DNA of 64,000 bases from Blasia pusilla (Eukaryota), in contig CM114271.1 in NCBI GenBank assembly GCA_050084515.1, positions 31,806,001 to 31,870,000 on the forward strand. Reading direction: 5' to 3'. The notes beneath the pieces were generated by a model that made no database searches, was not told the origin of the DNA, and saw only the letters and a list, made by a program, of their open reading frames with translations. A program made the position numbers and the translations under genes. Shown piece after piece: positions 26,119 through 39,476 of the stretch (positions are counted from its first letter, which is position 1; each line of letters starts with the position of its first letter).

Positions 26119-27000
26119 ATATCAAGTGAAGTTTAATGCAGATGGTTGTTTCATTGAAACAATCGATGACCAGACTACGATAGCCAAAGTAACTAGATCT
26201 AGCAGAATGTTCAAATTAGATGTTTTTATGCTAGAGATTCAAACAACATTGTATGGTCAAACCGGCCAACAAGTCACAGATCTAAATGTGTGGCATAAAA
26301 GAATTAGGCATATGAATCTTCAAAGATTACAGAGTCTTTCATCATCTAATATAGTAATATGACTCCCTAAATTAGCGAGTCCTGCTACGTTAGAGATATG
26401 CCTTGCTTGCCAATTTGGAAAACAAGCTAGATTTCCTTTTCCAAAGCAAGGTAGAAGAGCATCCAGGATATTGGAATTGATCCATAGTGATGTGTTGACA
26501 GCAGCATCACAACATAGCCTTAGTGGTTGCCAGTACTTTGCTTCATTTATTGATGACTTCTGTAGATATATATATGGGTATACTTTCTGAAAGGCAAGTT
26601 AGAGGTATTCTAAATGTTCCAAACATTTAGAGTTCTAGTAGAGAAGCATATCGGAGAAAACATTTTGAAATTGCGTTGTGATGGAGGAGGAGAGTATCTT
26701 TCAACAAAATTTGATGACTGTTTACGTCAGAATGGCATCCTACGTCGAGTGACTTGCCGTTACATTCCACAACAAAATGGAGTGGTTGAGAGGAAGAATT
26801 GACATATTGCTGAAGCGGCACGAGCTATGCTGAATGAGAAGAACATGCCTAAGGTGTATTGGATAGAGGCTGTAGCATGTGTAGTCTTCTTAATCAACCG
26901 AACTCCAAGAGCACGAATTCATGATAAAACTCCATTCAAAGTCTTCACAGGAAGTAAACATGATTTTTCCTTCTTGAAAGTACTTGGCTGTATTTGTTAT

Positions 27001-27070
27001 AATGGTAAATGGTAAATGGTAAATAGATCAAGCCCGTGGGACCCAAAGGGTCAAAAGGCTGAAAAACACA
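27001..27070 (-). mobile_element. 70-bp 5'-truncated LINE 3'-end insertion
   Basis: Matches the 3' terminus of the LINE at 27451+, including the (GGTAAAT)3 tail. Flanked by a TTAT duplication. Interrupts the copia CY/AHVP sequence. Confidence 0.9.
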
Positions 27071-27450
27071 TTATGCTCATGTTCCTTTTGAGAGGTGTCA
27101 GAAATTAGACCCCAAGTCTGAAAGATGAATCTTCATTGGCTATGCTGATGGAACTAAGGGGTATAAGTGCTACATTCCATCCTCTAGGCAATTTATTATT
27201 AGTCGCGATGTTGTCTTTGATGAGCTAAAGTCATGGTATGCTTTATCTGAGCCTATTCCACCTCTAAACTTGTCTGTTGAGGGGGAGAATTAGACTGTAA
27301 ACCAACAGACATTGTCTTCAACTTCCCCAAGTACTAGTGCAAGATTAGGATAGGTCCTAGATTCATCAGTTAAACCTGCGAGTCCATGGATGGGAAGAGT
27401 ACGTATTTAGTCTGGTGACACTAGTGAGAGCTCAAGTTAGATGTCACATG

Positions 27451-30400
27451 GTAAATAGTAAATGGTAAATAGATCAAGCCCGTGGGACCCACAGGGTCAA
27501 AAGGCTGAAAAACACATAACAAGTCATTTATTCAATAGCCCAGAAAAACATCCTAAAGACCTTCTCCTGGCTACTGCCTAGAGCACTTGAGTAATGAATA
27601 ATGACGTCCCTAATATACCAACCTAAATCATAAGGCACTAGCTGTAGTAAAGAATAGAAATTCTCCACATCTATTTTATGAGCTAGTCTAATCTCTTCAT
27701 ACCTTCGACATGTAACAAACACATGCTCTTCATCCTCAATATTTTCTCCGTCACATAATCTACAAATTCGTTCACTTCTATCAAGATTAAACCATCGTCC
27801 TTCCTCAATTCCTAGCCTATGAGACCCAGTTCTATGTCGTCCGATAATATGACGTAAGAACGTGGAGATCCCTGCAAGTAGGTATCCTTGTTCACAATAT
27901 ACAAGCATAGGATTAACATGAAGTTGATAAAACTCCATTTTGGTGCCCGGGCTGCTCCAAAGAATGTTGAGAAATTGCTTTTGTAGATGCTCGAGGAGTG
28001 CCATCGGTTTCAAGTCCCAATCGCGTTCCGCCACATTCCACTTTGAAGACCAAGTCCCCACATCCGCCATCCACCCTATGGAACGTGTGGCTCGCAAAGC
28101 TTGATGAGGGAGGCGAGAAACATCAAGAGATCTCACCCTTGCGATGTAAGTGATGGTCAAGTAAAGAACTTCAAGCTCTAGAGGAAGACAACATGTTTCT
28201 GCAAGAAGAATAGCATACGGAGTTTGGTTTCTTACACCCAATTCTTCTTGGAGAAAGATCTTTTGCACTTTCTCCACGCGCTCCCAACTTGTCTTCTTAT
28301 AACTTAGGTCCCATATAAGACCACCGGCAACACTAAGCTCCTAAATAAGAATTTCCTAAGACCTCAAGACACAAGATGAACTCTTCTACATCGGTTTAAA
28401 AATGAATATAGAGCTTTGTAACCAGCTTCTACTCTCTTTTGAACACAAAGTGCTCAACTATAGTCATTAGAGAAATCGATGCCTAGATATTTATAACTCT
28501 TCAATTGTTCTAATTTTAGACCTTTGTAAAAGAACGAGAACTTGGATGTAGTACCCACTATAATGATTTTAGACTTCTCCATATTAACCTCCATCTAATT
28601 CTGGGTACAAAACCTTGCCGAAGTGTCGAGGTGTTTTTATAAAATAATGCCATCACGTGCTAGTAATATGATATCATCTGCATACAATAGAGCTTTGATG
28701 ACAAAGTTCCCAATCTTGATACCTTCACTATCACATTCCTCCAACCACTTTCCGATATCATCTATGAAAACTCCAAATAGAGTAGGGGAGAGAGGGAAAT
28801 CTTGAATGACTCTGATGGTACTCAAGATCTCTTGAGTTTGTGAACCTTTGATTTTGGCCCGAACGGAGTGGTATAACGTGGCCATGGTTGCTAGGAGATT
28901 TGGTGGTACTCCAATGGTTGGCAGCCTTTCCCATAAGAGCTTACGAGGCACAGTATCAAAAGCTTTCTTGAAATTGATGAAGCCGCAAAACAAAGCTTTT
29001 CCATTGCCCTTAGATTTCTCCCATAAAACACGCAAGGCCAAGATATGGTTGATGGTGTTGTATGTTGGACGAAAACCAGCTTGGACCCGTGCTCTCTTTT
29101 GGAAAGACTCTGTCCATATGCTCAACTTTCACTCCACCAATTTCCCAAACAACTTGGCAAAAACACTACCCACCATGATAGTGCGATAGTTTGTCACCAA
29201 GTCCTTCCTTCCAGATTTGTGAACAGGAACAATCTCCCATAGCAACCAGGTTGAAGGAAAACCATAGATAGTAGCATCATCCAGTACTTTGGTGAGGATC
29301 GATCCAATACAATATCCTCCCCACTTGAAAAGTTCAATAGAAAGACCATCCAAATCCTCACATTTACCATTTGCTAATCTTCTTAGTTGAGTCATCACCT
29401 CTGCTTTAGAGAATAAGCTAGGTATTCCTTCACAACGTGACATAGATGTAGCGTCAGGGAAGAAATAGAGCTTTTCGGCAAAAGATATCAGAGACTTGGG
29501 ATCAAGAGTAGATTTTGAAGACCGTACTACTAACCGTCTCCAAAATGATTTGGGGTCCTCATGCAGATCCCTTGTGAAGAACTCTTGCTTCCCCCGCAAG
29601 AAAGCTCGTTTCTTAGATTTCACCAAGTCTTTGTAAAGGCTCGTCATAATAAGCCGACTTTGGATATCCAAAGATTTATGAACTGATCTTGCCCTTGCTT
29701 GCTTGCATTCAGAGTCAAACCACCCATTACAAGGCAGCCTCCTAGCACCTCTGTCCCTGTACCGCGAAAAGAACTTAGATACAGTATTGTGGAGCAATTC
29801 GGTTAGTTGCAAACTTGCCGTGTGTGGATCTGGGCTCCATACAATGCGAGTCAAGAGTTCTTGTAAATGTAGTGTATAAAGATATTTTTTACCAAGATCT
29901 AAGCGAAACTTGCGAGAAGCTAAAACAGATTGAGATGTCAAGAGAGGAATTTCCTTTGAAAGTGAGAGAGTAAACAAAAGAGGTGCGTGATCTGATTCAG
30001 GTTGAGGTTCTAGAATATCAAATGTAGAGATAAGAGAGCTATTAGCGGGTGGGGACAAAAGATAATCGATGGTGCTAGTGCCGGTAGAGGAGAAACACGT
30101 ATTGGAGTGAGAGTTGGGAAAATGAGAGTTTACATTAAGGACTTTCAAATTACAAGTGGCTCCGAAGGTTAAAAAATGCTCTGTTAAAGGATTTGTAGAG
30201 AGATCTAAAGATATTCTAGACCACAAAACATCCTCATGTTCTTCGAGAAGAAGAGAAGTCAAGGAATTGCTGAATTGGGTAAATTGAGCAATACGTGTGC
30301 GAGCATTGAAATCCCCAACTAGAAAGACTTCACATTTGCTTTGATATTTGAGAACATCCCCAATAAGTCGATGGAACGGTTGACTTTGATTGTAAGTGCG

Positions 30401-32323
30401 TGTTGAGTAGATAGGCATGGACAGTGGTGCAAAATAACAAACTGCCAAATAACAATAAGATCCCCCAACCAAACCAAGACATAGCCAATGATATTGGCCC
30501 ACGATATCTTGATCTTCTAGATGTATGAGAGGTAGAAATTGAGACCTGATGAAAGTAGCAATACCGCCATAACCCCTTCCTGCCTGTTGCCTTCTTTGGT
30601 TCCATGTCGATCCCACCAAAGTAAACCCTTACATCTCTGTAATAGTATTGCTCTCATGTTCCCAAGTCTCCAAAATATTGATGATGTCCGCCATCTCCCA
30701 AATTGGTAGAGCACTCACATACTTTGTTGTTGAAAGACCTCGTATATTCCACATGAACACTCTTAGCTTCTTGGATTGCTAGGTTGATAACTCTCTTTTT
30801 CTCTAGGTAACAAGTGCTCGACCATCGCGTAGATAAGCAATAAAACCTGCTTCTTGAGCCTCTTTAACCTTTGCAAGCTTCTTTCTCCTAGCTTTGACTT
30901 GTAGAGGTGTAAGATCAAGATCCAATCATATCCTCCATCCTTTGCTAATAGCCTTGTTAGCCATGGCAGTATCACGTTGAGTTTGATCAACAAACTTAAC
31001 TAGAATGGCACGAGGTTGTGTTCTCGTTTTCCCAATATGGAAAGCTTGAGCCAAGTCCGGGTTATGAACATGAAGTATATCAACCAAGAACTTGGTGACA
31101 AAACTCTTCACCTCTTTGCTCTCTGTTTCTGGCAAACCTGAGATTCTCACATTCTTTCTACGGGAAAATTGGTTTTACTTTTCTATCTCTTGCTCTTGAT
31201 AGAAAGAGATATGAGCAACCTTTGTAGCTTCAGCATAAGATTTCATTTTCACTTCTAAAGTTTCAACAACCTCATGCAATCTTCAACTATTGGGAGTAGT
31301 CGCTAATGAAGATGCCTTCTCTTGAACATCCGCAATAGATTTGGAAAGATCGAGCATCACACTAGAACTATCTTTCAACACTTTCTTCAAAACTTCTTGC
31401 GTTGCCTTTAACTCTCGGATTTGAATATGTGCAAGGTTTAATTGAGAAGCTTGTACCTTAAATTCTTGTCGAAGCTCTTTCAATTCATGCAAGACCACTT
31501 GCACTAGATTCAAGATTTCGTCTTGAGTAGTCATCATGAAGTCGACTTCACAACATCCCAGATATTGCACGACCTCTCATAAAGTATAACCAAATCTCCA
31601 ACAACACACCACTTCTGTTCTAGAATTTGGTTATACTTGAAATTCTCACAACTAGGGCACCTCTTAACACTCCACGTTGTCTCAAAATCTGAGCTTCATA
31701 TGACACTCCAACTCAAAGATATGGCCTCCGCAAGATTCAGATATGAAATCCTCAAATCTAGAAGAGTAGAAACTCAAATCTCTCACAACTTTGTTTTTGT
31801 AAATTTTTTGTGCTGAAAATTTTGAGGGCTAGAGCGCCTTCTTACACTCCACGTTGCCTCAAAATCGCAGCTTTATATGACACTCCACCAAAAAGATATG
31901 ACCTCCGCACGATTCAGATCTGAAATCCTCAGATCTAGAAGAGTAGAAACTCAAATCTCTCACAACGTCGTTTTTGTACATTCTTTGTGCTTGAAATTGT
32001 GAGGGCTAAGGAGCCTCTTTACATTCCACATTTTCACAAAATCTTAGCTTCATAGGACACTCCACATCAAAGATATGACCTCCGCAAGATTCAGATCTGA
32101 AATCCTCAAACCTAGAAGAGCAAGAACTAAAATCTCTCATTACTTCGTGTGTGTAACTTGGTTGTACTTGAAATTTTTAGGGCTAAGGCACCTCCTCACA
32201 TTCCACGTTGACTCAAAATCTCAGCTTCATATAACACTCCACCTCAAAGATATGACCTCCGAAAGATTTAGATCTGAAATCCTCAAACTTAGAAGAGCAG
32301 AAACTCAAATCTCTCACAACCCT
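27451..32323 (-). mobile_element. Near full-length LINE (CR1/RTEX-like), copy 2
   Basis: ORF1 ~31540-30763 (coiled coil + RISGLPE...RAILVKF). ORF2 has APE (WNIRGL, GDFNART, TIDY, SDHAPL), RT (YADD) and a C-terminal RICRLC..EDEEHVFVTC motif. (ATTTACC)n-like tail; CATG flanking duplication; several frameshifts and stops. Confidence 0.93.
31600..32320 (-). repeat. 177-bp tandem monomers at the LINE 5' end (copy 2)
   Basis: Anchor GATATGRCCTCC at 31718, 31895, 32072 and 32249, an exact 177-bp period. Confidence 0.9.
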
Positions 32324-35300
32324 CATGCATCTACCTCTGAACAACGACTTCGTAGATCAAATAGAGTTACACATCTAGTTCATAGATTCATAAATGAAAG
32401 TTTCCTTACGACATATCATGCACATATGATGACTATCCTTCAAGAACAGAAGCCAAGTTGTTTTGAAAAAGATGCAAGTAAAGTCGAATGGATTGAAGCT
32501 ATGGAGGAAGAGCTTGCTGCATTAAGATATCAACAGACATGGGAACTGGTTGATATACCTTCTGGTAAGGAAGCTATTGGTTGCAAATGGATTTACAAAA
32601 TCAAGCGAAATCAAGATGGTACAATTATTAGATACAAAGCGAGATTGGTGGCTAAGGGCTATGCACAATAATATGGCATCGATTATGAGGAAACATTTAG
32701 CCCTATTGCAAAGATGGCGACTACAAGAATAGTGGTTGCAGTTGTACTAAGTAAGAAGTGGAGATTACATCACATGGACATCAAGAATTTTTTCTTGAAT
32801 GGAGATCTATACGAGGAGGTATATATGACTCAACCACTTGGATACGAGCATCCCAAGTTTCCATTTTGTGTATGCAGGTTGAAGAAAGCTCTATACGGGC
32901 TCAAACAAGCTCCAAGAGCTTGGTATGGCAAGATTACATACATCCTACAAGAGTTGGGTTTTAGGGTATGTGATTTTGACTCCTCGTTATATGTCTTGAG
33001 AGGACAAGATCATACAGTTCTCATTGTGTTGTATGTTGACGATCTCTTGATTACTGGGAGTACTGAAGAATTTGTAAAACAAGTCAAGCTTAAGCTACAA
33101 GAAAAATTTGATATGAAGGATTTGGGAGAACTCAAGTACTTCCTTGGTATTGAGTTTATCAAGGTCGGAGACAATATGCTCTTCGAATGCTTTCAAAATA
33201 TGGTATGATGGCTTGTAAGCCAATCTCTACAGCGTTGGACCACAGTGTGAAGCTAAGAATGGATGAAGGAGAGTTGCTTGCAGATTCTAATATGTACATG
33301 CGCATGGTTGGAAGTTTAATCTATCTAACTATAACCAGACCAGATTTAAGCTATGTTGTTGGCCTAGTGAGCCAATTTATGAAAGTACCTCAAAAACCTC
33401 ACCTTGATGTTGTGAGGAGGCTTATGCGGTATGTGAAATTCTCTATTCAATTCGGGCTTCAATTTGAACCTTCTCCGAGTTTTCAATTACAGGGATTTAC
33501 AGATGCTGATAGGGCAGGAAGCGTGTCTGATCAACACTCCACATCTGGTTATTCATTTACTTTAGGAAGCGCAACGATAAGTTGGGCTTCAAAGAAGCAA
33601 CCTACAGTTGCTTTATCTTCAACAGAGGCTGAGTACAGAGGAGCAACCAATGCAGCATTTGAGGCGGTGTGGCTTCATCGATTACTTGTTGAGATTAATG
33701 TTAGTAACTTAGGACCTAGTGTAATATATGTAGAAAATATTAGTAGCATCAAGCTTGCTAATAATCTTGTGTTTCATGGTCGTACAAAGCATGTTGAGGT
33801 GCACTATCATTTTATCAGAGAGAAAGTGCTTGCAGGAGAAATTGATCTTGTGTATATAGGTACAGATCAGCAAATTGCTGACATCTTTACAAAGGCATTG
33901 TCTAGAGATAAGTTTCAGATGTTTACAAATGATTTAGACGTTACACATATTGATATGAGCTTGAGGGGGAGTATTGAAGATTGAGTTATAATCAAGCTTA
34001 TGAGACACCTGAACTGCTACATTTGGTTAAGGTTAGGGTTAGGGTTGCTTGTATATACCTTATGTAATTGAGAAGGGGACCATCCTCCACTCATTCTCTC
34101 ATTGAAAATTTCGTTATCCATGGTGGTGTGTATGTGTGTGAGAGCCATTTTCCACCAGTTGTGCTTCTTTAGCAGTTTTCCACATTTTAACCTTCACCCT
34201 GAGTAACGCCCAGACCGAGGGCTAGAGAGGGCACCAAAGCGAGTTGTCGGGTTGAATCCGGGAAGGCCTAGCCTAGAGGTTGTGTGCCACCTGGTACTGT
34301 TGGCAGACGAGAAGTTGGATTTTCCAGTGGAGGAGGTAGAGATTTGCCATCTAGAGGTGTCTAGCTGGGGAGACGCAGGGCGTGAGGCTGGGATGGCTGC
34401 TCAGATAGAGGAGTTGCAGTAGTCGATTGCCACTATGACATTGTGGTTATCCGATGTTGGATCAGTTCAAGCCATGTTCATGATTATAAATGTTAGTCAC
34501 ATAAGACAATCCTATATGCTGAGCTTCCAAAACCAGTGGGGGAAGAAACTCTATCTATGGCATTTATCAATTTCTTTCCTGTGTATGGCTGATCTTGATC
34601 TCTAAAGCCATACAAATCACTATTTGGAAGAATTTAGACAGAGTATTACCAACCTCTCCACCCAACTCCATGCCTAGGATAAGAGCCATGTTTTCCTCTG
34701 TAATCCTCTGACATTAACTTTCTACGACGGGCATCACCATCCCTTCCATTCCCCAAGACAGGACCAACTGTAGCTCCACAAAACTCATCCCAAATAACTT
34801 TATACTCTTCCCAAGGCTCTCAAATCCAATCGGCAATGAACTTATTAAAAATGCAATAACACAAAGTGCCAATTTGGGCTTAGATTCATGTAGAGGATTC
34901 AAAATGATTACTCTAGGATACTGCCCCTTTGTGTACTCCCCAAAAGTACTTACAATCATTTCAGTACTTTTGGGGAGTACACATTTGTTGTTTTTCAAAG
35001 TGTCATATTTAGCCTCCCATCTGACAAAAAAAATAAAAATGATATTGAGTCTTGTCATCGTGAATATGTGGATTTTTAATTCAATTTGAATATATAGTTC
35101 AATCATACATATGCACAATGAAAAGGTGTAGCATTCCCCATTTGCATTCACCACGGCCTTTCTTTGATTCAAGTTTCATCTTCACCAAATATGACTTGTA
35201 CATCTCCTTGAATGCTATGGACTCGCTTTGATTTAGCTAATACTCTAGTCACTTCCTTGAATATTGCAGATCTTAGCCCAACACAAAAAGGAGGGAGTTT

Positions 35301-36170
35301 AGCCCTATTACGTTAAAGGGTCTTAAGGCCTAGCCTAGCTAAGTTCCTAGTAAAAAAATGAGCCACTTGTTGACCACCAAATTGCAACATTGCTTGAGCT
35401 ATGTCCTTTTTTTGCTCTAACGGGCACCCTTAGCAAATCTTTGTAAGTTACAAGCTACGTCTTGTAGAAAATCCCACAATACCTCCTTCCCACCAAAAGC
35501 ACCATTCCTATGCCCATTCACTATATTCCTAATAAAGAGTTACAAATCCTTCCTATCTACAACTACTCCTACCAATTCTTCTAAAAAAAATTTCTAGTAC
35601 TCAAGGCACACACTTTTTGTATCCCTCTTCCCTCTATGCACTAAAGCTTCCGCTTCGCTGTAGACCTGGCCACGAAAATCATCCTCACGCTTAATATAAT
35701 AACACTTGCTACATGTCATATTCTTATAGCCTCCTCCATTAAGTGACAACCTACAACACAACCAAAATATGTGTAGATGTTGAAAACCTGTACAACAATG
35801 GTTAGCTCACAATCCCACACATTGCTGCCAGGCTGATCATCCAATATGCCCTTAACATTCATATCCACTCTTCATTTCCACCTAACCTTTTCATCCCATG
35901 AGCCCCAACAAAGCAAGCTATGTCCAAGATTAATTTCTACCAACCCACCTCTATATGCATTGCTCCCTGCTTGGTACCTATCCTCCTTGAAGAATTTCAA
36001 AATAGAATTTCACGAGGGATGTTGGTCCCTTGGATCAGGCTTCCTAGGTCTTCCTCATTTTCCACATCTCACTACAATATCCTTAGATATTTCTTTGGTC
36101 TCCAATGCATTCAAATGATCACGGATGACCAAGTGTGTTCTTAAATTAGCTCCAAAGTCACCTTTCAAAC

Positions 36171-36396
36171 GCGCGGCCCGCACGAATCCCCGGTAGGTTA
36201 TTTGGAGCCCGCGCATGACTCATACATGGCGGGCTTGCGGCCTGTAGGGCTGCTTTGGGGGGCTGCAAGCCCGCCATGCACGGGCCTGAGTCCGCCCAAT
36301 GGGAACCCAACCTGCCTGTGGGCCACAAAACCAATGCAGGCTCGGCCACCCTGGGTGCCCGTTACCGGTTTGGCACGCTCGGGTGCGGGCCACGAG
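36171..36396. mobile_element. GC-rich fold-back MITE-like segment
   Basis: GGCCCGCAC / GTGCGGGCC near the ends; internal 14-bp inverted repeat CATGGCGGGCTTGC / GCAAGCCCGCCATG. Confidence 0.45.
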
Positions 36397-36818
36397 CAAG
36401 GTTGCATGTGGACAAATTCTATGTACGTGGATATGTCCATGTCCGTGGAGTTATGTACGTCGTATGGAAGGACTTGTCCGTGTGGGCCCCACCTTTCCCT
36501 TCTTTCTCATTCCCCTTACTTGCCATTGTGTTTCATACTCCCCCATTTCTTCCTCCCTCCACCTCCACTCCCTCCTCCCTCGTTGCTCCTCTCATCCTTG
36601 CCTTGCCTTCCGTCATCGAATAAAAGTGTGGGTCCTACTTCTTGGAACCCATGTCTGTGGACATGTCTAGACTTGTCCGTCCATGTCCGTCCTAAGGAAG
36701 GACTTGTCCATTTTTGTGCAATCATGGCCACGGGTAACCGTACCCGCAGAGACATGTCTATCCTAGGGATGGACATAAGTCTGTGGACATGGACATGTCC
36801 ACGGAAATGGAATTTGTT
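36397..36818. mobile_element. MITE/non-autonomous DNA transposon remnant (hAT-like end)
   Basis: Starts CAAGGTTGCA. ~33-bp imperfect inverted repeat between ~36412-36444 and ~36785-36817. Many ATGTCC/GGACAT subterminal motifs. Second partial copy at 39477. Confidence 0.6.
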
Positions 36819-39476
36819 AATTTGTTATATTTTTTTGTTATCCACCCATCGGCTGAGCCACCTATTTGGCGTCCATGGCCACTTTTATACCCATTCACTT
36901 AGACACGACTAAAGAATGCAATCCAAATTTTACCTCTCAATTTTCCTAATATCCAAATTGGAGTATTAGAGAATATCTTGAATATTTTTTCCAAGACATA
37001 GGCTCCATGGTTTGAAGCATCAACACACACCATGCACGGGGTGGATTGCAATCTCTTTTCCTTTTCCGGTTTGGAAAAATTTTCTGCAACTACAACTACA
37101 AATCTACCAATGTTATCCTCTACAAATGCGGGATTAAGCTTCCAAACTATAATGGAACACCACATTCAAAATACAAATTATTCTCGCTCTTCTATGATAA
37201 GTTTTTTGGGATACAACTCCACAATAATCTTTGTTATCTCTCACATTCGCTCTCGAGGGGACATTTTGCATTTTCTTATGGGCGAATTTCCATATCATTA
37301 AACTTGCTTATAATGATGAGTAGAACACCATTTTGAGGTTGGCTATGCATCATATTTGCTTACAAGATGATCGCCATTGCAAATCCTCCACATATACCAT
37401 TTGGGCAGCCAAATGATTTGCCAATGATTTCCATAGTCATCCAACCCTATAATTAAATTTTCCACTCCTTGAATTTGTGCTTCCACATGGTTAATTAATC
37501 TCATTTAATCAAGAACTCAAACTTGTTGTAAGAGCTATAGAATCATATTAGAATGTGGATTGTCACTATGAAGTGAGAGTGCCATTGCCAATAGCAATCC
37601 AGATGAGTTTTTTCAATGATTTTTTGATAATAGGATGGTTTCTTTTGCACATAAAAGTCTCCATGTTGGGAAAAAAAATACGTGAAGGTCATACCAACGT
37701 GGAGTGGTGGACAAGACGCATAGGTTTCAGTGGTTTTGTGAAAGCGTAAAAGAAAGGTTGATATTTGTTAAGGATAGGCAAAAGAGGACCTTGGAAGATC
37801 AAAGGATCTTAGTCTCTCAAAGAAAATCTCAAGAAGGGTAGTAGATTAGAAATCCAAAGGAAAGAGATAGTCGATTAGAAAATTTTGATGTCGGCCTAGC
37901 GTAGAATGGACATATATGCTTGCAATAAAACTTAGACGGTCTCATTTTAAGATATGGGTTTGGTATGCAATGATATGGAATGAAAAATCTCACAGACATA
38001 AAGTTAAGTAGAGTGAAGAGTATTTAGGTGAAGGTATATTTAGGGAAGGTAAGTTGCAACCTAAAGCAAGTGTGGAGACAACTAAGGCTTCCAATAAGCT
38101 CAACATGAAGAGAATTGAGTAAGAATCAAAATATCGACAAATGAATTGAATGAATATGGAAAGAGAAACATGAAAGTTAGGTATATGCTCAAGATATAAG
38201 AAATCGTAGAGGCCTGATTGTGTGAAAGGATGCGTCTACATATGCTAGGAAGGAATAAGTGAATAAAGCGTATGGGAATTAACGATATACAAGTTCCTAG
38301 AGAGTAACAATGATGAGATGTACAAATTTGGTAAAATTCGTTGTGTTATCTCCGGATAGATGAAAAGGAGGAAACATCGAAACTGTTGGAGTCTAGATCT
38401 GGTGGATTCCAATTATACAAAATCTTCATAAAAAAATGAAAAAGATGTAAAGATTTGATGGAGACTCAACTAGGCAAACTTCTACATGGACATGAACAAG
38501 TTGTGTATAGGCAACGTCTTTGCAAGTATTGAGAAGGCTTGGAGGTATGGAAGGAACTTGGGCGGAGAGGTCTAGAGGTGTGAGGGAAAGTCGTAGATGG
38601 GCCTTGGAAAGCAACTCATGCCAAGGGATGGCGATGGAAACAAATTAGACACACCTAGCTCGAAGAGAGAAAGGATGAGTATGTTCACAAGAAGTGATTA
38701 GGAAGATATAGTACCAATATATAAAGGAGAACGAAGAGCATAGGTGGAAAAAATGTTTAGAAGCAAAAACTTACTCAGAGAGGTAGAGAAGAATTGAGCA
38801 AGACTAGAAAAAAACTTTGGAGTCTTTGGAATATTTACTTTTGTATTTCGCTAGATCATAAGTAAAGTAGAAATATCCATCCTCGATGGGATACTCACTA
38901 CATATTTAGTATCCAAAAGCAATTTTGTTAAAATCTTTGTAATCGATTGGGCCAGGTAAAGTTGATGTAGTGCGGTTTCCATTTTGCATTATAGAGGGAA
39001 TGGTTAATCATATTGGAGGGACATAAACGACCTTGGTTCCCAAACCAATTCATATGGATCAACTGCAGTTCATACTCAAATCCTCATCCTAGAAGCAGGT
39101 GCTTTTTGTTTTGGATGAATTCAACTCAAAACAAAAACTTGATCCATCGGGACTTATAGGCAAATCTCCATCAACTACAATAGATTATGAATCCCTTTAT
39201 GTCTTGACTGCTCTCAATGAGCTACCATATGCCATTGCTCCATATGCTCTCTTTGCGGAGTTCAATGATCCATGTTAGGCAATAATTTCAACATCCAAGC
39301 AAGTTTGATCTTTCAAGAGACATACCTAAAACACTCAAGGAGCACCGCTTACAATTTTGAAGCGGTTTTTTAGATCTTTCGGAAAAATATGCATGATCCC
39401 AATGAAATTGACTTATCCACACTACTCATCTATATTTGATAGAGAAACAACAATCTCAAAATGACAGACTTCCAAA

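Larger units (their letters stand above)
24095..34184 (+). mobile_element. Ty1/copia LTR retrotransposon, copy 1 (decayed, with two LINE insertions)
   Basis: LTRs at 24095-24406 and 33972-34184 (the 3' LTR has a ~100-bp deletion). tRNA-iMet PBS TGGTATCAGAGC at 24407; PPT GAGGGGGAG; TSD TTTTA. gag-IN-RT-RH order (RCDGGGEY, YVDDLL, ADIFTK). Confidence 0.95.
22990..34460 (+). mobile_element. Third related gypsy remnant (gag only), split by the copia at 24095-34184
   Basis: GILQHSKGASMDNYHEF and FNPVVEFF are homologous to the inner gag. The knuckle CDHCRRYDHTRARCF/NLHPE is rejoined across the copia TSD. MAAQIEELQ matches MATRIEQLEQ. Confidence 0.8.

Noticed and set aside
32075-32671. 198-aa ORF as a novel 59-aa-repeat protein fused to copia pol
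   Set aside because: Chance read-through from the LINE monomers into the copia; other monomers have stops in that frame.
36202-36912. 236-aa ORF
   Set aside because: Lies across GC-rich MITE-like repeats and a pyrimidine tract; no domain.
37000-39400. Possible highly decayed retroelement
   Set aside because: The composition suggests old TE debris, but no diagnostic motif could be read.
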